Source: Neoechinorhynchus agilis
Taxonomy: Eukaryota > Animalia > Acanthocephala
Length of the DNA stretch: 64,000 nt
Direction: 5' to 3'
Assembly (NCBI GenBank): GCA_051530055.1
Contig: CM121341.1
Coordinates: forward strand, 3,090,151 to 3,154,150
Shown here: one piece after another, positions 55,576 to 64,000 of the stretch
Layout of the letters: the number at the start of each line of letters is the position of its first letter
How positions within the stretch are numbered: the stretch's first letter is position 1
Notes under the pieces: generated by a model
Told to the model about the DNA's origin: nothing
The model's database searches: none
Seen by the model: only the letters and a program-made list of their open reading frames with translations
Position numbers and translations under genes: made by a program

Positions 55576-58500
55576 ATAAGGGAGTCATTAATTGCTGGGC
55601 TATGCTCCGACAAAATGAGACAAAAGCTGCCCGAAATAGCGAATATATCCTTAGAGGAAACGATTCAGCAGGCATATATTATAGAACAAGCTGAAGCCGA
55701 TTGCCGCTATTTCAATACCAATCAATACAATTACATCGAAAAAAATGAAACCAACCATTGCAACCGTATTCAAAACGAAATTACGGAATCACTTAACAAC
55801 CATCGAACCAAAGTTCCTGAATGTCTAGCAGCCAATTAAAACAAACAAGCGTGTTTTTTCTGTGGGAATAGACGCCATGCCAAATCAATATGCCCTGCAA
55901 AAGATTCCAAATGTAACAAATGCCAGGAGATTGGCCATTACTCAAGAGTATGCAGGTCCATGTCAAAGATAGCCGCTTATCTCGTTACTAGCAATTGAAA
56001 ATGATTATCGTCGAACTTCGCAAACAATCACAATAAATAACAAAGACAATTTTTCTGTTCTGTTCGATACTGGAAGTTCTCAGAGCTTTATCGATGATCA
56101 GCTCGTAAAGCAACTAAACCTCAAAATGATATACGGGCAAATGCCCGTAAGATTAGCTTCTGGCGATATAGAACGGAGCACGACCGGAATAACCCGTTCC
56201 AACATTAAATTCAAAGGGATTATCTATGAAAATGTCGAACTGTATGCGCTTAAAAATGTATGCACCGATATAATTTTTGGAAGATCATTTATGAATAAGT
56301 TCAAGGAAGTAAAATTCCTTTTTGATGGAGATGGATCGCTTGAATGCATGGCAATGGATGGAGAGATGACTCCTCGTCTTTTTGCAAATCTCAATCAGGG
56401 TTGTCGACCAATAGCGGTGAAATCAAGGAATTATAGTCAACTCAATAAAGTCTTCATTAAAGAAGAAGTTAAACGTATGTTATAGGAAGGAATAATTACC
56501 CATAGTCAGTCTCCTTGGCGGGCGCAGGTATTGATTGTTCGAAGTAACGCAAGTAAGCCTCGAATGGTGATTGATTATGCATCAACAATATACAAATATA
56601 CCGAACTAGATGCATACTCTCTTCCAAAAATCGACGATCTAGCCCGAGAAGTAGCACAATATAAATATTTTATAGGTCATCGATCTTCGACATGCATACC
56701 ATCAAATACCAACCAACAGGCTGTATAGGATCTTTACAGCTTTTGAAGCGAATGGTGGTCTTTATGAATTTACCCGGATTCCATTTGGGTATCACTAACG
56801 GCGTAGCGGCTTTTCTGAGAATAATGAATTCGATCATTGATAAAAACAAGCTGAAAGGTACCTATGCATATTTGGACAATATCACAATTTGTGGATCTAC
56901 AATTGAAGAGCACGATGCAAATCTAAACAATTTTAAAAAAATCGCAGAAGATCTTGGGTTGCCATTCAATGATAAAAAATACATTTTCAGGACTAATCAG
57001 ATAGCAATGCCGGGATACCTAATTTCTTACTAGAGTATAAAACCGGATCCTGAAAGGATAGAGAGTCTTTTTGCATTCCAATTGGATATCTGACTTTTCA
57101 ACCAAAATCAACCCGATCATTCGTACCACGGAATTCCCGTTGAATCAAGAATCATTAGAAGCTTTTGAATCTATCAAGCAGGAAATCGGGAATGCTGCTC
57201 TGAGCTGTCTGAATCCGAGCCATCGCTGCTACCCTGAGTCAAAACGGAAAACCTATAGCTTTTTTCTCACGCATCCTTTCACCTCAGGCAATTGTCGAGA
57301 GTGTACGAAAATGGAGACACTGGCTAACTGGAAGGGCGTTTTTGATCATTACTGATCAACAATTTGTATCTTTTATGTTCAATATCAATCACAACAATAA
57401 GATTAAGAACGACAAAATCGAAAGATGGCGTGTAGAGTTATCCTGCTACAAATTCGAGATCAAATACCGACCAAGTCGATTGAATGTCAGTGCAGATGCT
57501 TTTTCAAGATTAGATTGCCGTGCCACTAATACGAAGGATCTAATTTATATACACAATGAATTGGCTCATCCAGGTGTGCAATGGCTGGCCAACTTTCTGA
57601 GAACCAAGAACCTACCATATTCCTTAAATGATGTGAAACGTACCTGTGAGGATTGCTCGATCTGCTCTGAATTCAAACCTAGATTTTATAAACCGCCAGA
57701 TCTGCACGTAGTAAAAGCTACCAAACCTTTTGAGCGTTTAGTGGTTGACTTCAAGGGACCGATACCGAGTTCGACAAACAACAGATTAATATTTCTTTTG
57801 GTAGATGAGTTCTCACGGTTTCCGCTAGCGTTCCCATGTAAAGACACTTCAAACCGGACTGTTAAGACTTGTCTACTGCAAATATTTACTTTATTTGGAC
57901 TCCCGGAATAAATTCACAGCGACAATCGAAGCTGTTTTCACTTCGAAGATACTAGATCTTTCCTGTCGGACTTAGGAGTCGCGATTAGCTATTCCAGCCC
58001 GTATAACCCGCGTGGTAATGGTCGGTGTGAGAGATATGTCGGAATATTGTGGCGAAACGTCAGAATGCTACTAGCGTCAAAATCTCTGCCCCTAACAGAA
58101 TGGGAAACCGCTTTACCAATGGCGCTTCATGCAATGAGGTCGTTACTGTGTACTACTACGAATTCCACTCCTCATGAACGATTATTCAATTTCCCTCGAA
58201 AGTCACGATGTACGAATCTCCTTCCAACTTGGCTCAGAAAAACAGGTCCAGTATGGCATAGAAAACCGTTTTGCAATAGCAAGTATGACGAACCGAATGG
58301 AGAAAGTCGATCTTCTAAACGCCAATTGTCGGTATTCTACAATCCAATTCGATGACGGGCACAAAAGTATTATACCAACTAAAGAGCTAGCCTTATATTC
58401 AAACAACGAGCAAGAGTCGGAAGACGGGGAGATATCCCACTTATCAGCTAACAACAATGCACCACAAGATTACGAAAACGAAGAAACTGAGGACGAAACG

Positions 58501-58769
58501 CATGCTGGAACAGACGAATTATCTCTAGAGTCACCAACCGCTATTCAACAACCTCGGAGATCTTCGCGAATACGAAAACCTCCAAGATACCCGGAGGAAA
58601 AGTATAAATGGGGAGAATGTGATAAAAGTTGTCATCCGTAATCGATCGTAAATGCGTGCATACGGTCGATTACATTATCGATCGGTTTAGTATCTGTTTG
58701 CAGAGTTAAATTGTCGTTAATTATTCGAACGTTGTTTTTTGTTTAATAAAACTCTCCAAGTGCAGTACA
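55576..58769 (+). mobile_element. Decayed Ty3/Gypsy LTR retrotransposon (gag-PR-RT-RH-IN); 5' part and 5' LTR missing
   Basis: gag IRESLIAGL.S.KMRQKL; two CCHC knuckles at ~55852-55953; protease LFDTGS; RT SPWRAQV...RMVIDY and YLDN; RNase H ITDQQ...KIERW...KYRP..NV.ADAFSR; integrase H..LAHPG...C..C and VDFKGP. Many stops and frameshifts. Confidence 0.93.
58618..58769 (+). repeat. 3' LTR (~152 bp) of the Gypsy element
   Basis: Polypurine tract ggggagaa (58610-58617), then TG...CA termini, with an internal AATAAA at 58745. Confidence 0.7.
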
Positions 58770-58959
58770 GGGACTCACCCCTGGTAGCGAGAATTCATAA
58801 CTCTTTAATTTCAGATTTTCGTGATATCGATGTTTTGAAATCAATAATAACGGTTGTTTGTCTAAAGATTGAATTACGAATAACTCAACATCTATAGCAG
58901 GTATCGCAAATCTTAAAGTAGATATGGAATTAGTGCGTCGAGGGGTACCAATTATACTA

Positions 58960-59430
58960 TTTTCATAATACAAATAAAACCCCTATCAACCCTACCATTA
59001 CAACAATTTCTACAACATCTCTGCCCATTTTCACATGAGCACAACACTCGTTAAACTAATTCGTTTCATCCTCCCTTGAATGCGCACCTCCTTATACCTA
59101 CGCTCCTTTTTCCATGCTGCCGAATCCTTTCAGGTAACATAACCTGAAATGTCATATATCATTGTCCTCGGGGTGAATTTGATTGTACGTTGGCGAATCC
59201 TGTCCCCCGTGTTGTCGTGTGCGGATCAAATCCCCACACTTCGGGTATTAGCAAACCCGCGATGCTGCTTATGTCATCCCCATTTTAGATAAAGATTAAG
59301 AGGCAAGGAAAACCTTGCGAAATATTTCTCAAATAAATAAATGAGTAACGACAACACCGGGGACAGGATTCGCCAACGTACAATAACCCGAAGTGAAACT
59401 GAGGAAAGACCAACCTTACAAGCGCTCCTT
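58960..59430 (+). mobile_element. LINE 3' fragment of the same family as 22200-23410, split by a Penelope-derived insertion
   Basis: Shares ttttcacatgagcacaa, ccatg.tg.c.aatc and ctgaggaaagaccaaccttaca with the 22-23 kb copies, collinear across 59152-59382. Confidence 0.75.
59152..59382. mobile_element. Penelope pLTR mini-insertion in tail-to-tail inverted arrangement, forming a 37-bp-arm foldback
   Basis: 59155-59217 matches 49322-49385 directly and 59218-59384 matches 49350-49540 inverted; flanked by ataacctgaaatg / ataacccgaagtg. Confidence 0.8.
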
Positions 59431-59686
59431 CACGAAAGGACATTCCCGGCTGGAAATTCTCACTCGAACGGACATCCCCAGACCAGACACTCCTACCCGA
59501 GAAAACATACAAAAAACACAATATCTGTGCGTTTATGAGGACCCAATGGTACATGGGTCTAATTTCTTAAACACAAAAAATTAATAAAACGTGATATTAT
59601 TATAAATGCAATCGCGTTTGACCAGCACGATCGTTTTTCGAATGCCTCAAAATCGATTGGATTTTAAAGGGAATCAGATCATTAAT

Positions 59687-60918
59687 TTAGGAGGCACTGT
59701 TGCAATTGGCTGATTTGGAATTCGCATTTGGCATTTCGGATTTATTGCCAACCGTCGAATTCGCATCCTGCGGTTCAGAATCGATCTTATCGCTGGGCAC
59801 CAAGCCGAGATACTCTTCAAAGATGTCCACTTTTAGATCATCGGATAATTCATTGACGTCAGAATGAACTGTTTCGGATTCCAGGCTTCCTATAAGTTCG
59901 TGTACAATAGATTTATCCTTAACCGCCTTTGTCAAACGCTCTTCAGCTCGAATTGATTTCCTAGCGATTAGCTCATGACAATCAAATTTTCTAGATCGGT
60001 CCTTTAAATGTTCATCTAAGTTATTTTTGAGTTGATTTGTACCTTTTTCATCCGTTACTGTATCCAAAAAATGATCCGAAGAATTTCGATATCGTCGCAG
60101 TCCAACTTTACGAGGAGGATGCTATTTTTTCGACTTTCATTACCATTTGCTCTACTTCTCGATTTATGGACGACTGAATTTCAGGAAATTCGGATTCTTC
60201 ATTATCGACGTTTCAGATTCGAACTTTGTTTCCATAATTAGAGATCATAGGAGCTTCATAATTTTCGGCTACAGTCGAATTCGGTTCATATTTTTTGATT
60301 ATTATATTTTCCGTGCTCAACAGTTGATCTCCAGCTTCAACCTGTAAACAAATTTCGTTGACTACCTCGTTATTCAAGTTCTCGTTTTGGTCGAAATGAT
60401 TTGATGATGGCACAAAAAGATTTCGCCCAGAACTTCGATAACAAGAAAAACCATCTTTGCTTTCGATGTCATCCGTTTTGTGAGCATTCAGTCTGCAGTT
60501 CTGAGAAAAGTTTATCGGGTTCTCCGCCAATGAGGTGATATTTTTCATTATCGTTCGTACCTTTTTTTGCTTCTCCAGATCCAGAATCTTCTTCCCTGCA
60601 ACTTAGTTCAATATGAGTTCGTTTTGGGAATTCAATGCATTCGTTTTTGTCAAACGACAAACACTTTCCTATTATAAGAGTATCCTTTCCGTGTTTCGAT
60701 AGTCGAGAGTAATCACCAAGACACGTTTTTCGACATTTTCCAGTGAAAAACTCGGTTCCCAAAGCCCTCGACTTTTCGGCCGAATTTATCTTATAACCAA
60801 GTTCGTTTGCATTTTTATTTTCGCGAATATAATCGATTTGAAGCTGTATTTTCCCTTGAAGGTAAGCTGGCTTGCTTCTCGTTAAGTTGTATTTGAAGCA
60901 TCGATAGTTTTCCTGCAT
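59687..60918 (-). pseudogene. Chain of protein-like ORF segments broken by at least two frameshifts and in-frame stops
   Basis: ORFs 60469-60918, 60213-60548 and 59687-60067 have similar composition. The reading continues past the TGA at ~60213 (NVDNEESEFPEIQSS), and no splice solution fixed the frames. Confidence 0.4.
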
Positions 60919-61572
60919 TACAGATAAAATTTAACTCTCTGAGCTTCATCCTTTTGCTATGTAACTCTTCGACTTCTTAGAATTTTACAAGGCACATTCC
61001 GTAACATTTGTCATCGAATGAATAACTCAACTCGTTAATGTCGAAATTGTTTGTTTATGGCGAAAAAATTTAAAAGAATATATTAGATGCGATATTTCGG
61101 CACAATATTATGCTGTTATCAAGGTCTAAAAAACAGACGGGGAATGGCAAACATGAACAATTCAATCTTTAAACTTATACGGCAGATTTAATACGAATCT
61201 GCTTATCTTGACGCAAGGGGAATTTAATCTACTGCACTAAGGATAAAAAGAACCGTGATGGCAAGCGAGTTCCCGAATCTCAGTCAGTGATACCGGGTAA
61301 TCCCCATTTTTATAATAATAACACGTTTTATTTGTTGATTCACAAAAAAACAGGACCATGTTCCTTTGGGTCCCCTGAAGCGTCGCATTTGGGTATAATA
61401 ATGAACCAATTGAACAGCGGATGCATATTGGTGGCCTCTTTGATTCAGCTGAAGCTAACCAAAGTAAACACAGACGACAACTATATAATCGAATGTGTCA
61501 TTTCTTCGCAGGAATGGTGGAGGCATCTAAACAAGATATGAATCTAATTCTCCAAGATTTCATCGGAATGAT

Positions 61573-62732
61573 TTGAAAGAAGAGTTGATAATACGTAAAG
61601 GGCGCTGGGGGAAATTTGTACCACTAACAATGGGACATTACGTTGACACAAGCATATCAAATGGTTCTGTGTTCAATTTGTCACAGATTGTCTTAAAACC
61701 TGATATTACGGCACAGCTCAATTATGGATTGGACTTTATTTATGTTGGCAAACTCAACAACTTGAAACTATACGTTGAAATGGCGAAGGTGATATCTAAA
61801 GCTCATTTTGTTGGGATCACAATTCCATTATGGGAGGTGCAGGAGCAGGATTAAACGGACCAACATACCGCAACGACTGATTTTAGCTGTGAATGATCTT
61901 AGTCGAATTAATAACGTACGAATCATGAAGTTGGACAAAAGCATGGTATTCTGGATGGTAGATGAAGACCACTGCCATAGGATGCCCGTGGATACGCTAT
62001 CGGGTACAGAGTTTCGATACAACGATGAATGCATCACTAAAAAACGAGAAATGATGTTTAATCAATTATTACGCTAAAGAAACGTGAAAGGATTGATACG
62101 GAAATATACCAAAAAAATCGATCCAGCCATGGGAAGACGCCGAATATGTGCTTATTTTGTCCAAAATACATAATTCGCCATTAAAATCCCGACCAATTAT
62201 AGTCTCGCATTCTGCATACATCACTAGAACAGCTAAAACATTGACTAACATGTTGCGAAATTTAATGCCGGTGGATAAGCACACAGTTTCAACGGGCATA
62301 GAGTTCCTGGGAAGATTGAAGGCGAACTCAAATGGAGAATATAGAATTGTTTCTATTCATGAAAATACCATTGGACTCAGCGGTCAACCTCGCAATTCCT
62401 ATACATCATCGCAATGTAGAAGGCTGGAATTTAACTGAATCTGAATGAAAGGAACTCTTTTAAATGTTTACGACGAATACGAATTTCAATTTCGAAGGCA
62501 AGAGCTATCAACAAGTAGATGGACTGTCCAGGGGGCCCCCTTGGCCCAAGTCATCGCCAAATTGCTCATGCGCGATTGGGAGGCCAGGTATGTATCCAGC
62601 CTACAGTTTGTCAAATTTTTTCAGAGATACGTAGATAATACTTTTATCTTAATCAACAAATCCACAAAGACGGGAAAGTTTCCGATCGATTTTGCAATCG
62701 TGTTCACGCCGAGTGGTTCCTCCTCGCTATAA
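61573..62732 (+). mobile_element. Decayed Penelope-like RT
   Basis: LNYGLDF; IMKLDKS; LSKIHNSPLKSRPIIVS...TAKTL..ML; QGAPLAQVIA.LLM..WE...FFQRYVDNTF. Confidence 0.8.
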
Positions 62733-63287
62733 ATAGCCATACAAAACCTAAGATTTGGAGAAAAAAAGAACTTCAGTCGCAATGCGATGGGGATTTTCTC
62801 AACCCCCCAACACTGCGATTTTAAGGAAACAAAATTTTGCGATGAATACCATCACCCGACACTTACTTTACTCTAATGAAAGCAAACGACTTTTCATTTA
62901 TTGTGCTAGAAAATTTGTATTCAGTGTATTTTGGTAAAACGTTTATCGCCAATCAATGCAAATGTTTTTTAGCACGATCCATTGTTTCTGATTCGACAGT
63001 TTCGAGCGGAAACCTTTAATCAACAACGAGTATAAAAATTATTCAAATATAAGAAATTTGACGAATACGATATTATTTACACTGATTTTTGTTTGAAATC
63101 GCCTTTTAAGTGCTAGATAAAAAGGGTACAAATGGAAATGTTAAGGCATTTTCGTAAACTCTGATTTTAATCATTTGAATAATATCCTAGCGGGTAATTA
63201 TTTTCGATTTATCCTTAGTTCGGCTGCCCATTGCTGCCTTTCTTTTTCTCACAAAAGGCCTTGGCAATATAACATTGTTGTTTTTAA

Positions 63288-64000
63288 TCACAAAAAATCA
63301 CTACTACTTCTCGTTATTGTTACTGTATTGTTGGACTTCACGAATGATACATCCTCGGGCAAATCGTCTATATCAGCAATGAAATCCATGAGTTTATCGC
63401 GGCATTTTATCAAGTGGATTCGCGCCAATGTCCTATGTCCGAGAAAAAGCTTAGAAATTTTAAATACATAGGAAAATAGCAATGGTGGCCGTAGGACAAG
63501 ACAGTATGACAAACGCTCTGGATAATGACTGCTTAACATATCGGCTGAGTATCGAATGATATTAAAATCGATATTTCTCCAGCCTATTCCATATACATCG
63601 AATAAAATACTAACACGTGAGCCTCTTTTTAACGCAGTTTCGATCAAGACGATTATAAATTCCTTGAACTTATCATCTTGTAGGTTGCCATCATGTTTCG
63701 AACATCTTACAAGGATTATCGGATGTCCGCGATTGTCTCTTACATCGTTAAGAACCTCTGCTTCGTGCTCTTTAATGTAAGAAGGCGCTTTTGGATCTTT
63801 GCAATCCGGCAAAACCAACTCGTGAGGTTTAATGACTTTCCTCCACTCGAAATCGCATCGGATGTTTTTTTCTGCTTCTTGAATATTTCCATCTTGCGCC
63901 AAATAAAACCGTTCAATGGTATTTGCGGTTATATTGGGAATATCTTGCAGCGCCGCTTGTAGTTTAATCAAGTGCTCTTGTGATATCTTCTCCAGCTGCA
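63288..64000 (-). CDS. CRAL-TRIO (Sec14-like) lipid-binding domain protein; 5' end lies beyond the window
   Basis: TIERFY.A.DGNIQEA...EWRK (CRAL_TRIO_N-like); ILFDVYGIGWRNIDF...LSSHYPERL..CLVLRPP.LF..VFKI.K.FL...T..RI. May splice at LPED|GTATCA to a short last exon near 63210-63258. Confidence 0.88.
   Translation of the reverse strand, partial: QLEKISQEHLIKLQAALQDIPNITANTIERFYLAQDGNIQEAEKNIRCDFEWRKVIKPHELVLPDCKDPKAPSYIKEHEAEVLNDVRDNRGHPIILVRCSKHDGNLQDDKFKEFIIVLIETALKRGSRVSILFDVYGIGWRNIDFNIIRYSADMLSSHYPERLSYCLVLRPPLLFSYVFKISKLFLGHRTLARIHLIKCRDKLMDFIADIDDLPEDVSFVKSNNTVTITRSSSDFL

Noticed and set aside
60200-60230. In-frame TGA with protein-like sequence beyond it (possible selenocysteine or readthrough)
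   Set aside because: Further stops and frameshifts follow and no SECIS-like stem was seen; pseudogene decay is simpler.
1-64000. CRISPR array, rRNA, tRNA, snRNA or telomeric repeats
   Set aside because: No regularly spaced repeat-spacer array or recognisable structural-RNA signature was seen; the sequence is eukaryotic.

Overview
This is an AT-rich eukaryotic window from an invertebrate animal, probably a protostome; the long-coil-1b intermediate filament and the Twist variant point that way, but this is inference. Most hand-modelled introns are very short, about 43-54 nt. Recognisable host genes are RBM45 (+), twist (-), an SLC17-family MFS transporter (-), MFAP1 (+, frameshifted), an intronless cytoplasmic intermediate filament gene without a lamin-tail domain (+), PTRHD1 (-, nonsense plus frameshift), a divergent 4-TM claudin-like gene (-) and a CRAL-TRIO gene (-, running off the window end). 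There is also a 5.3-kb single ORF ending in a PDZ-like domain, with probable upstream exons, and several orphan ORFs. The rest is transposon debris: CR1/L2-like, RTE and CRE-like LINE fragments, a decayed Ty3/Gypsy element with its 3' LTR, and at least five Penelope-like element (PLE) fragments. The most striking non-genic features are: (i) about ten unrelated 100-400 bp foldback hairpins, one visibly built from a Penelope terminus and flanked by a target-site duplication; (ii) one near-canonical and several non-canonical hammerhead-ribozyme motifs, most of them at PLE 3' ends; (iii) two nearly identical 640-bp inverted repeats bracketing 8 kb that contains the frameshifted MFAP1; (iv) a palindrome with back-to-back TATA-like boxes upstream of twist, and a possible spliced C-terminal extension of Twist. 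All analysis was by eye and no database searches were run. No rRNA, tRNA or CRISPR array was found.
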